DNA of 64,000 bases, taken from the NCBI RefSeq assembly GCF_001194135.2, contig NC_068988.1, forward strand, positions 51,702,833-51,766,832. The letters are read 5' to 3'. Origin of the DNA: Octopus bimaculoides. Taxonomy: Eukaryota. Shown here piece by piece: positions 38,560 to 51,508 of the stretch (position 1 is its first letter; every line of letters starts with the position of its first letter). The position numbers and the translations under genes were made by a program. The notes under the pieces were generated by a model. It was given only the letters and a program-made list of their open reading frames with translations. It ran no database searches and was not told where the DNA came from.

Positions 38560-40480
38560 TAATATGAGAAACTAAAGGAAGAAAAACGTGTGAGTGCCTG
38601 AATGAAGGTGATATAAAATCAGTAAGCTGTGTGGAGAAGTCAATGTATTACAGCAAGGACACAGCACATCCATAAGCCAGAGGTTACAGTGTAGTTTCAA
38701 GTGCAACTTCATGCCAATCAGTCGTGTGGTCTTTTGTGTGGAGGGAGGATGAACTCAAGAACATAGTGTAGCAGCAGCACCATCCCAGATGTGGGAATAG
38801 TATTCCCTTATGGATTTCATTACAGCTTTGTAAAGGAATCACTGGTTGTTGGGGAGCTGAAATATTATCAAATACTGAAGAGGAAGGCCAGTATTTGTGA
38901 TGTAGTTTTTTTCCTATGTTGAGAGTGTGTGCAAATGCCAAGACAAATTTGTAGAAATGGTGAAGACTAGCTTTAGTAGTAACCTTGAGAGTTCTAATTA
39001 TATGCCGTTTGTGTTTAAGGATGGGCTACAATACTGTAATGATTGTGTCCTTGAAGGGGACAAAATTGGCATATCATTAGAGAGTGTTTGAGGTCTCTAT
39101 AAGAAGTTGTCAAAACTGAATGTAAATGATGCTTCTTGTAAATGTTAAGCAAAACTGTAAGGTGCTGTAATCAGCATATGAAATTTAGAGGTGATAGTAA
39201 GCTATCCATTGGTGGATAGAAGACAGAGTGGGGAGAAAAAGAAACATGAGGTACACCAAAGTTGATCAGAATGCAAATGAGAGAGAGAGAAACACATTTC
39301 ACAAAATTTCTTTTGAGTGTGGGTTTGATGGTGAGTAAATAAGAGAGTAGGTCACCAAGAGTTCTAGTTTTATGAATGCTATACTGATGGTCATTAAAGA
39401 AGGAAAGGAATATAAAGAATTGGAATGTGTGATTTTTAATGATGGTCCTCCTCACCTTTGGGATAGCTGGCAGGTAAGAGGGGCTATGTTACTTGATAAG
39501 GGGACACACTGTTGAATGCTTCTTAAGATTAGGATAGATACTTGTAGAGAGAGAGCAAGGACAGAAGCTAGCTCTGGGAAGCATTGTTTGAGGGCAATGG
39601 CACATTTTCAAACCCAAAATTTGGGGTTAGTTTGAAGTGATTGGAAGTACTTTTCCGCTTGGTAAGCATGTATCTGTGGTGATGGTGGGGCCTGGTATAG
39701 TGTATAGAGATAGCTTTTGATATCTACCAAGTATGCACAGTGGAGAGATGGATGCAAAGCAGCCAACAGAGGTAGGGCTTTTTCTAAGGACTACTTAAAA
39801 AAAAAAACCCATCATGGTTGAAAAGTACAGGGATGGCAATACCATTAAATTGGTAGACATTACTTTTGAAAGGAATCAGAAAGAATGGCTGCCGCTCAGA
39901 GGCAACAAATTTTAGAGCAGTGATGCAGAGCAGGTATCTTTTGTATTGGGAAGATAGTTATAAATAAGTTGTGGTAATAGGTAAATGCCATCTAGTTTGT
40001 AGGGCAGGTGATTTTCTCCAAGTGTTGCAGGCTGTACTCTGTTTGTACAAGTAAAGTTTTGAGCAAAATGAACCAAAAGTGTATAAGGATCCATGTAGGA
40101 ATAAACTAACTGTAAAGTGTTAATTGCAAAAGAATTGGTTACTGTACTAATGAAATCAGTATGAAGTGTGTGAGAGAGTTAGCAACAGATGGCTGAAGTG
40201 AGATATGTAACATTAATATGAGGAGAGCAACAGTGGTTGAAGGTGTTCAGAAAATGGTTAATGCAGCAGATATATTCAGAAGAGTGGAGGAGTGAGACTG
40301 AACCAGAGTAACTGGAAGACTTTGTTACAGACATCAGAGTGAGAAGTCAGAGGCAGAGAGAGCAAAGTCTATATTTGTATAGAGAGTAGCCTGGACAGCA
40401 GAGATGGGTTCAAATAAGAAGAATGACATAATTAAGTCTTGGTGAAAAATAAGAAGTTTGGTTTATGTGTTAGAGGGTCT
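38560..40480 (-). mobile_element. CR1-group LINE ORF2 relic in the ODC leader intron
   Basis: Collinear degraded motifs: KPNFLFFTKT (endonuclease), IALKQCFPELASVLA, NDHQYSIHKTRTLGDLLSYL (RT domain 2 region) and EYYSHIWDGAAA (C-terminal). Confidence 0.75.
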
Positions 40481-41338
40481 AAATTGAGTAAGAGTCCACA
40501 GATATCTTAGGGAAGAGGAAGAAGGACTGTGCTGTTTCAGTCAAGATATTTTAGGAGTGTAGCAGGTATTGGCCCCACCATGTGGTCATGATACGATATC
40601 CTTGCTGAGAGTTTGGCTCAAGTGGCTGTAATAGAGACCTGATTAATGCACTCACAGGCCTAAAGCTGGTATTATCCAGGAAACAGAATAGGAGCTTCTA
40701 CACATTTAACCAACCTTGTGCCTCACAGGTAACAAAACTACACAAGAAAGGTAGTAAGGTTACAAGGTAGTAACAGGGTCAAAACAAGCTTGATCAATAA
40801 GAGAGTGGGAAGGTGTGTGCTGGGAAAGAAATCAGAGATTGAAGAAGTAAATAATAGAGACAGAAAGTGAAAACAAGGGCTCATATTTGGTGATATATAC
40901 CAGCAAAAGATGTAGATATTATCTTTTACCTCCATTTCTGTCACACACACACACAAGCTTTGACAGATTCCATCTACCATATTACAATGCAAGGTATTGG
41001 TCAAAATGAGGCGCTGGTAGAAGACACTTGCCTCATGTGAGGTGCAATGGGACTGAACAAGACAATTGCAAAGCAAACTTACACGAACACATTATGCTTG
41101 TGAAATTCATGACCAAAGGAGATGAAATGAAATAAAAAGTATACTGATAAGGTCAGAGAAACAAGCCATGTGAATAATTCTGAATTAAAGCAATATATTC
41201 ACAGATAATGTCCCTCAAGCCTGAACCTAAAGTGTAATCTATACTTCTTCAGAGACTGAAATAACATCCACTTCAATGAGAAAACAGAGGATTACTCACT
41301 ACCTCTCAGTCAAATATATATCTAAGTATCAACTAGAT

Positions 41339-41748
41339 CAGGTGTGGAGAGCCTGCTGGCTTCTAAAGGGCTGGGCTAAGTGCAGCCGTCTGAAAGAAGG
41401 CCAACGTTTGAGAAAATCATTATACTGGTCAATGTTTGATTTGATTTGATTTGAAGCCTACACTTCCAACCAATTGCAAATTTTAGAACACCTATTTATA
41501 CATTTGTTTACACTAGTAGTTATTTGTTTAAAGTAAATACAATTGTATTTAAAATCTAGAAAACTTAAAGAATTTGATGGAAAAATGCCAGGGATGTTTG
41601 TGCTTATTTCAAAATTATTGTTTTTTCATATTTCATTAGAATTTTTATGCACAATGTTTTATAAAATAATAGGTTTAGCACCACAAAAATTTTGAAATGT
41701 TAACTTGTCTGATGCAGCCTTCTAACATAAAAATGTTCTCTATCTCTG
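41339..41748. mobile_element. Degenerate hAT-like non-autonomous element
   Basis: Termini CAGGTGTGGAGAGC and TGTTCTCTATCTCTG are imperfectly inverted. The left flank contains CTAGA. Confidence 0.4.
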
Positions 41749-44700
41749 AACTTGGTAACAATTAATGGTTTCAAATTTTAGCACAAGGCCTGCAATTTCA
41801 GGGGAAGAGGGAAGGTCAATTACATCAACCCCAGTGTTAATTAGTACTTATTTTATTGAACCTGAAAGGATGAAAGGCCAAGTCAACCTTGGTGGAATCT
41901 GAATTCAGAAAATAAAGACAGATGAAATGTCACAAAGCATTTTGCCTGGTGTGCTAACAATTCTGCCAGCTCACCACCTTTGAACTTGATGAAAATTAGT
42001 GAAAGATATCAAGGAGAGAGGAAGGAAATTGCTAAAGTTTCATATGCAATTCTTTCCTCCTCTATTCCAGCACATGCAGAAAACAAAAATCTATTGTCTA
42101 AATTTGCAATGCTTTACATATTGGCATAGGTTGGAGGGGTTGTTATGATCCAATTCCTTGTTTGAATTAACACTCTTCAAGTTCAGATAGGAGATAACAG
42201 TTCTTTTGTCTCTTTTCAAATAAGGAAAACAAAACTTATCCACCAGGAAAAATTAAAAGACTTGTGGCAATTATTAATAACATGTAAGAAAATGGTATTT
42301 TGTTATGCAACCATAATATACTACAATGTATATTAAATGTTTTTTGTAAGTCAATAACGTGTTCTACATCAAGCATCTCAGATATGAAATGTAACAAAAT
42401 CAGTGCTGGCTTTAATTTCTATAGAAAACCTGAACAAATGTTGTAGCAATTATATATACAGAAATGTAGAATACCCAGTAATGAAAAATAGAGGGACCAA
42501 GGGAAGAGTTCTAATAACCAGATGTTTAACATTGACAAGGTACCTTATTTTTGACTTGGCTGAAGAGCTTCTCACATTGATAATGGATTCCTGATTCAGA
42601 TAACTGAGTTATCACAAAAACTCATATATTATTCAACAGACAACTGTACAACAAACCTTGTGCAATATTAGCAATTACTATATATAAATAAAATTGCAAA
42701 AAATTTCTAGCACTCAAGAAGATGCAGGTTTTAAGATTAATCAGCTCTAGTGTGCTTGGTATTAGCAGAATAAAATCATTTTTGTAGAAAGCTGATTTAC
42801 AAGTCGAAATGAATAATGTATAAAAATTAAAATAACAAGGTAAATGTATGTGTAATTGTGTTTTAAGTATTAAAAAGAATGCTAAATAACACAAAATTTG
42901 TTCTAGGCAGATCATTAATGTGATGAAAGATGGCAAGAATTTCATATTGTACATGAATTTTTAACAAGTCATGATTGAAAGACAAGAGGAATGACTGATG
43001 GCAGTACATTAAACAGTGTTTAGACTTTAACTCTTCAGCATTTAAACTGGCCATATCCAATGTAAATATTCTGCCTTGTTTTATGTATAAACTGGCCCGA
43101 TTCAGCCCCTTATGCATTCGCTACAATGTCATTCCGAAAATAAAAACACTCATATCATCACAATCTTGAAGTTACAAGACAATACTTGGTCAACTGAATA
43201 CAATGTGAATAAATAAGCATTACATTTGACAGAGTAGTCAACCATATTATTCATATTTAGCCAAAGCCAGCTCATCTGTAGCATATTTCTGGTACTTGCT
43301 TTATTGACTCAAGAGTGATAACAGTCAAGGTCAGTTGCAGAGGAATAAGTAGTAGAATCAAACACAGAATGATGAGTACTACTAATCAGACACAAACAAA
43401 AATGTGTATTCTGATGAGTTAAGATTTGTCCATACAGTTTCTTTATGGCCAGATGCTTTTTCTTTTGCCAAACTTTATGTATTCCCAAGCAATCTAATAT
43501 TTTCCCCTAGCTTGGACTGCAAACAAACATCACTGATTATATGATGGTGAAATTTGTTTCTTATTAGATTGCAATGTTAAGACAAGGAAACTCAGTCTCT
43601 GTCTTCGAAATTCACTATAATCATTAGTAAACAATTTAGTGGGTGTACTTAGGAATGGGATGCTACCAAGATTGTTCCAATCCTAAAGTAAAATTCTGGC
43701 GACATTCTTAACTTGAAAGAAAATTCACTATTAGATTAGGTAAGGTATCCGAGCAGCACTATCCCTAACCACATAGGCAAACATCTATACAATTACCTCA
43801 AACAACTAGCATTGAGGAATGAGTGCAAATTTGTAAAGAATACAAACTAATATTTATTTATCACGGAATATTACTAAATAGTATTTATTGTTGCAGAAAC
43901 TGTTGTGGTAGAATTAAACTCTTCTTTTGGGAATATAATAAGATATATTCAAGGATACAGACATATACTTATATATGTAAACACATTGCACATACACATA
44001 CATAAATACATGCTTCACGACAAATAAGTGTGTATATTTACAAGACTGTAAAAGAAGTGTCTTTAAATGTATAAAAACATTGTCTGAATGAAGGACTCAA
44101 TACATGTGCCAAGTCTATATTGATTATAATTCAATTGATAGCAACTTCAAACAATTTTGTGGGTGTGTGTGTAGACATACACACATAACTTTTATGCCTG
44201 CTCTCTCTGCTGGCAAGAGTAGGATGAATCATCACAATATGAGTCAGTTCTTATACAACATTACTGCTTTTCCACATTGATCATGCCTCATTCCAGTGTT
44301 CTGTTTCGGCATTATTTCTACACCTGGGTGTCCTACAATAACATCAACCAATTCAAAGTGTGCTGGATGCACTTTATCATGGCACTGTACAGGAGATGTC
44401 AAGTCTTCGAACAAATTTAAGAATCTTCTCTACATTATCTCACTTTACAGAGTGTATTGAGTCCATCTTTTCATGGAACTAGTACTATTATTATTATGTT
44501 GTTATTATTAATAAGACAGCAAACTGGCAGAATCATTAGCACACCGGGCAAAATGTTTAACAATATTTCATCTGTCTTTTTGTTCTGAGTTCAAATTCTG
44601 CCAAGGTCGACTCCACCTTTTATCCTTTCAGGGTCAATAAAACAAGTACCAGTGGAACACTGGGGTCAATGTAATTGACTTAACCCCTCCCGTAAAATTT

Positions 44701-45089
44701 CAAGCCTTGTGCTTTTAGTAGAAAGTATTATTATTATCATCAAGTGTGTTTTGTGCTCTGCAGTGTCTCCATTCATTCAAAGCAACATGACCATGACCAT
44801 GAGAGTGAATAGAGAGTGGGGAGCGAGGAGGGAAATAGTGGTTTAAAACAATGATAGAGGTGAGAGCATTGGAACAGATACAAAACTGCAGTGAGAGTAT
44901 GATGGAGAAATAGAGAGAGAATTCAGTGGATGAGAAGTTAAGCTGGTTAGTGAAGGAGAGATTAGCGACAGAGATAAAAAGTGTACCAGAGAGCTTAAAA
45001 AGAGAAATAAGCTCAAATGTAGTGAGGAGAGGAGCAGCAGATGGCAGCTTAACAGAGATATACTAAACAATAGCTCAAATATAGACATA

Positions 45090-45360
45090 AATATCATGTC
45101 ACCATCACTACCACCATTCATAATGCTTACTATTCCATGCTTGCATAGATGGGTGAGGGCCCTCTCTAGCAATGCATGCTATCAACCATTAGTCCTTTGT
45201 CATTTTTATGAGAACACTCTCCTAATATCAATCTTCAATGTCTCTCATGTCTTTCTAGGTCTCCCTTTTTCCACATGTTCCATCCACTTCAAGTCATCTT
45301 TCATATGTACCACATGCCCATATCAATGTGGTCTTCTCTCTTGCACACTATATCTAATTT
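45090..45360 (-). mobile_element. Degenerate RTE LINE 3' fragment
   Basis: Minus-strand translations IRYSVQERRPH*YGHVVHM and EVDGTCGKGRPRKT. Confidence 0.65.
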
Positions 45361-46219
45361 CTTTTTAACCATTTTGCCCCAGTTGTACTACGTGGTTCAT
45401 GTAATCTAAAATTACAGAACAGAACATGCTCACTACATTTCTTTCTAGTCTTTGTAAATCATCTGCATTCAAGCCCCACATTTCACAACTGTTCAGCATT
45501 CCTAGTTTACACACAAGCACAATACAATTTGCTTTTTAATCAGAGAAAAATCGCCTTTTGTTTTGTTTATGTGTATATGTCATTTTTATTTTTACACCCA
45601 TTTTTTTTCCATACAGGTTTGAGTTTGACACAAGTTATTGAGACGGTATTCTACAACCCTTTCAGTAACCAACATTCATTTTTCAAGGTATTGTTATTCC
45701 ACTATTTTCACATATAATAAAACCAGCCACAACACAGGTAGGGTAGGGGTGAAGGTAGTTGAGAAATGCTTATTACATGACTTATGTTAAATATTTATTT
45801 TTACTATTCATTAGAGGTTATCTCAACATCTGCAAGTTTTGTCTGTGTAAAAGAAGTTAAGACAACAAACTGGCGGAGTTGTTAGAGCAATGAATAGCAT
45901 ACCCTGCAGTGTTTGTTCGGGTTATCTGCACTCTTCGAGTTCAAATTCATTCAAGGTTAGCTGTGCTTTCTATGCTTTTTTGGGTTGATAAAATAAAGAA
46001 TCTCAATCTAAAGCAGTGTCTAGCAGATTGCATTGGTCTTTGCTTGTCTCATGGGAAACATTAGTCACAGAGATGGAAGGCTTCAATGAATGGGTCTACC
46101 ACTAGAAGCATTATCTAGGAGACCTAGACTGAGAAAAACTTTCCAAGTACAATCTATAGTCTCACGAGATACAGCCTCTGTGCATATATGTGTGTGCGTG
46201 TGTGAGGAGAGAGAGAGAG

Positions 46220-46250
<31 letters not shown>

Positions 46251-46299
46251 GAGAGAGAGAGAGATAATTCACAAAAAAAAAAACGAAAAAAAAAAATGG

Positions 46300-46560
46300 T
46301 GAAGACAGGTGGTGTAGACAACAGATGTATTAGTTTAACGATCAGGAAGTGAAGTCTTTAATGTTTCGAGTGTACACTCTTCCACAGAAAGAAACAGGGT
46401 GAGAAAAAAAAGAATGTATAGTGGCTAGCGATCTATCATGGCGAATGCCAGACAGAGGGGTAAAAAGCAGAAAGTACAAAAAAGTTAAGAAAAGTTCAAA
46501 AGCTTCAAATGTCGTGGTGTATTGGAGTGATACAACGGATGTTAAAAGATGGTGAGATAT
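46300..46560 (-). mobile_element. Possible Penelope-like pseudo-LTR fragment
   Basis: Contains a degenerate minimal-hammerhead-like string (CTGTGGA-AGAGTGTACACTC-GAAACATT) on the minus strand. The assignment is an inference. Confidence 0.35.
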
Positions 46561-47209
46561 ATACATATAAAAATTTGTTGACTGTGACCAAGTTCCACCC
46601 GAGGGTTTGTTCAACTGTGTGAGTGTGTAAGTGTGCATCTATCTGTGTAGGACTGTCTATCTTTATTTATTGCTATGTATATCATTTTATGTGTGCAGCA
46701 TGTATATGTGTACAGATGTATCTGTGTATATACATAAATACTTACATGACTTTACAGTAGACTGAGGCTCAATTAAAAAGATCAGAGTTCAACACATTAC
46801 ATAGAGTATATATATTGAGTTATAAGTTGAAGATCTCAATTGAAATTTTAGCCGGTATACTTAGACCAAATCATTGCCTTTTATTTGCATATATAAAAAC
46901 ACAGATAGACATACATAAATTGTTTGGTGTGGAGGTAGAGGTATACATGCACACATACACTAAATCTATATGCTTTAGTTAAGTGAGAGATTCAATGATC
47001 TCATTCATTTTGCAATAATCTCATTAAGATCCATTTACAAATGTGAAAACATGGTTTTGGTACAAGTAGGAAGAAAACAGGGTAGAAAAATTATAAATGA
47101 TGAAACTAAAAGTTTGAAAACCCTTCATTTACTAATAAAACATCTCAAACAACAAATGTGTAATATAACATCTCACCTGGCCAATAGGAACACCTGCACT
47201 CAGCCGATG

Positions 47210-47311
47210 CTAGCTGGGATCCCACGGTGGCTCTGCGTTGAAGTTGAATTTCCGCTTGAAATGGCAGAAGCCTTCGGGATTTTCTATGTAATAAAGACCA
47301 GAACAGCCGCC
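47210..47311 (-). CDS. uCC upstream ORF, part 2: GGCSGLYYIENPEGFCHFKRKFNFNAEPPWDPS*
   Basis: Acceptor ttttttcag|GGC at 47311, open frame to TAG at 47212-47210. The C-terminus FNFNAEPPWDPS* closely matches the recalled AZIN1 uCC end (FDFNAEPPWEPS*). The exon continues 33 nt to the donor CCAG|GTGAGA at 47177. Confidence 0.93.
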   Translation of the reverse strand, partial: GGCSGLYYIENPEGFCHFKRKFNFNAEPPWDPS

Positions 47312-50300
47312 CTGAAAAAAACACAAGAAAATACATTAAAATGGGAACTGGCCCAAAGAATTATTCCACATGCCCTGAATTAACCCTTTTGATACCGACC
47401 CACCAGAAATCATGTCTGTTTCTAAAATACAAAACTTGCAGTTTTAAAAATGTTTATATGAAATTAAAACCTGCTGTAGTTTAAATTAATTAATTGTTAT
47501 AAATTAATTTCCATAGTTGCTTTCATATCATTTCCAAAAGTAATTGAAGTATATAGACAGTGAATTTTATTAGAAATACAGTCATGAATTGCTTAAGGTC
47601 AAAATCAGAATCATTTCTAATCTGTCAGCATATCGAAGTTGACCATTCTTGGGTATATATATATATACAAAAAAAAAAAAAAAAATGCTTGTAATCAAGA
47701 CGTAGGTAAATAAAAATACTAAAAATATAAATATACATGAAAAAGCTTCCATCAGTTTAAACTAATGTCAAAATATCAACCATTTTAGTTGCTGTGATCA
47801 AAATTTTATTTTCTATATAAACATGTTATGACAGAATTTAGGTAAACAGACAGAGCAATATTCTAAACAGTAAGCAGTCAGAAAGACATGGAAAAACTGA
47901 TATAATGTTAAAAGGTAGAGAGGACAGTGAAGTTATTTTACTAGTTGAGTCAATGTTAAACACTGCATAGCTTTTAAAGCAGCTATAAACTATGCAAGCA
48001 ACTCTAATTAGACAAGTATTATTCAGTTATGTAGATATACTTATCTTGATGTTTAACAATCATAAATGATACATTAGAGTAAACAGAAAAGCAAAAGGAA
48101 CCCACATTTTAAATATATTTACATTTTAGCTTATAGAATCACATTACCATCATCAATTAATAAGCCGGTTGGTTGCGCTGTTTACTTTCAATGAGGTAAA
48201 GTATAAAGCAGTTAACAGATACCAGCCATCAATAAGTTTTGGTGTCCGTAGCAGTATATGGTAAAATGTTTTATTGAATTATACTGCCATGCTAGGTTTT
48301 AAAAAAATTAACTAGTTTGTAAACACAGTAGACAAAGGATCTGTAGTGTCTCAGAAAATATATAAACGTTGCATTTGTTTTGAGCCTAAAACACTATATA
48401 TCAAATTTGTTTGTAAGATGACACTAGTTATATTAAGGCATCCACAAGAAATATCATGAAGATAAACTGACAAAATAATCTCATGAACTCGAAAAAATGT
48501 GTATACCTATAAGATTAGCAGCCAAGGCTTTTGATCACACATAGGTTTGCTCAATCTAAACAACACATACATTCATTATGTTAATTAAACTCAAAATTCT
48601 CAGCTCAAGGAGCAAATAGGAAGGACAGCCAAATCAGCCTTTTTGCTTGAACATCAAGATTAAGTAACGATTCGCATGCCACTGAAGATATAACTAATGG
48701 AATGGTCATTTTTGTAAAATATTTTGAATTAATAATATAATCAACTTCTCATCCTATATATTATTTTTTCCCATTTAGTCATGGAGGGATGAGCAGTGCT
48801 CTTGACTGTTAATTGTTCAAGGACTCCCAAGATTGGTAGAAAGAAAGGAGGAAGTTATCTTCAGACTGGAGACATGGCTTGAATCACTGCAACTGAATGG
48901 CCTCTGCCAATAATAGTACTACAGAGCAATGGATTGAACAACCACACAGGTGGGTGAAATAGTAAAACTGTCTTCAGAAATACATTAGATATTTTTGAAA
49001 ATACAAATCTATTTTTCACATAATACAATGTATGAACATTTATAGGACAAAAACTCATTAATTAATTAATAGCTTAATGAGCTGTGAAAAAAAAATGAGT
49101 AAAAGTTCAACCATGCAATCTTTCTGAAATATTGAAAGTTAGGTTAGATGAGAGTCCCTTGTACCAACTTTAATGCATTTAGTTTTCTGCCTAAACAAGT
49201 TGTGGGCAGTAACATCATCATTTGACATCTGTATTCCATGCTGGCATGGGTTGGACACTTTGACAGGAGTTGGCAAGCCAGTGGACAGTGCAAAGCTCTA
49301 TTGTCTATTTTGGCATGGTTTCTATGGCTGGATGCCATTCCTAAGGCTTAACCTTAGTGTACTGGGTGCTTTTTACATGGCACCAGTACCACTGTGGTCA
49401 CAAAGTAACTTGCAAGACAAAGACCCTCATGACAGGGAGTGGGAGTAGTATTGGGGGAGGTGGCTTTGTGCCAGTTGATAAGAGGTTTAAGTATAAAAGA
49501 GCAATAGAGATAGGTGTCTTGCTATAGATGAAACACATGGCTACCCCAGTTGGAAATGAAAGAAGAGAAAGGAAGCTGGCAGTGAAGAGTGTTGGACGTA
49601 CTTTCAAGGTACAGTGGAGATGAAGATAAGTGAAGTGGTAGAAGGGATTGGACAAGGTGAGTGGGCAGGAGGATGCTTCAATAGAGTGTGAAGAAAGATG
49701 GCTAGAGATGAAGCAGAAGTGAGATGTATAGGAGTGGCTCAGAAAGGGCATTGACAGTGATAAAGAGGTATAAGGTGTAGCAGAAGGGGGAGAGAGAACA
49801 ATGAATGAAGGCACTGAAAGGGGATGATGTATGCATGTGTGTATAATAGTGGAATAGGTTGGATGGTTTGACAGGATCTGATGAACCACAGGGTTGCATA
49901 GAACTCTACCGTTAACTTTAGCATGCATGTGTGTGTGTATATATATGTACACACACATACACGTTTATATATATATATATATATAACTACAAGTGTAAAC
50001 TATAAAACCACTAGATTTATTACTGAAAAACTACCAAGTAGAATGAAGTAAGCAAGTCTAATATCATTAAAATGTATTGCTAATATTTTACTTGGTGTGA
50101 CTAGCTATTAGTTACCATAGCAACTTAGACCAATAGTGCTTCTTTGTTGAAATTGGAAACTAGAGAGAATTAGGAGAAAAGCAGGATTCCCAGTTTCTAC
50201 TTAGAACAGACAAACACTTTATAAAGTGAATAGAAAGAAGAGATTGCACATATCAAAAATGATCAGAGAGAATTCTCTAAGACAATGAGGGAAAATATAA

Positions 50301-51452
50301 GTACTGGAGTTGATTCATTAAATTAAAACTCTTCAAAGTATTGCTCTACCATGGCTGCAGTCTAACGGGTAAAAAATGTGAGATAAATTGTGTTTTGGCC
50401 TTGATTGTTTTTGTTTGTGTGTAATAATGAATTTAGGACCACATCATTCAATATACAGTTTTGTTTTTGAGATGGCAGGATATAATTAAGATTTGACTGC
50501 TCTTTCTAGCAGATCAAGCAAACACATAAGCCCCTGCTTTGGTTAGTTTTGGCTACAAGCTATGTAAAATTTTAATAGAATGGAACCACCTAGTAGATTT
50601 TGAATTACATTTCAGTTGCACATGGTTACCTCTTAACTATTAAGTCTGACTTAATAAAATAAATGACTGAGGTTATAATTAGAGATACCAACTGAAAGAA
50701 AAAAGAATTTCATTGTGAAAAATCTAATCAGAAATACTATGCTGTGAGTGAGGGGGGGGGGAGACTTCACTGTTGTTGATATTAATCCATCTAAGAATTT
50801 AGAACAAGTATTATTAATGAGTCAGTTATAGACACCATTTTACAGAAATAAAGAAAATTCATCCAAAATAATTCTATTTGATGTTTAGAAAAACAATATT
50901 CATTTCTTACAATGTATATAAAAACAAAATGGTTGATTGAGAGAAATAAAAGCTACATAACTCACAATAGGAATCTATTGTAAGCTATGTATCTTTAATT
51001 AACAATCCACTACCACCATGGTGAACACCATAGGGAAAGAGGTAAGCTTCCAGCAAACTGAAACCATAGATAATTCACTTCACTTACACTACTAAGCTTT
51101 TTGGAGAGGACTTTTGTGCCTAGTCAAAAAGTAAAGCGATATTTCATCACGTCTTGCGTTAGCTGCTGCAGAAGTTCCATCTTTTCCTTCGTCTTTAAGC
51201 CCCAACTACCACCTGGTGCCTGGTGATGAATAGAGAGCTTTGGCCGTGCGTAAATGGCAAGTACAGAAGCTGCAGAGAGTATGGAAAATACAAACAGGTA
51301 GAGATGTGGAAGTTACCAAATCTATCAACTTTCAAGCAAAAGCAAAATTACAAGTATATATTTCATTTTCCCTACATCTCACAAACGAATCCCAACAAGC
51401 TTGCCTGCTAAAGTGATTCATAAGCCATGCTGTATGTATGTATATGTGTGTT

Positions 51453-51508
<56 letters not shown>

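Noticed and set aside
37070-47209. uCC-ODC fusion by stop readthrough (the 66-nt spacer keeps the frame)
   Set aside because: A second in-frame stop (ACT TGA) lies in the spacer of the first coding exon.
49398-49958. 186-aa minus-strand ORF
   Set aside because: It is the Ser/Leu/His-rich reverse reading of a purine-rich repeat, starts in a (TA/CA) microsatellite and has no domain motif.
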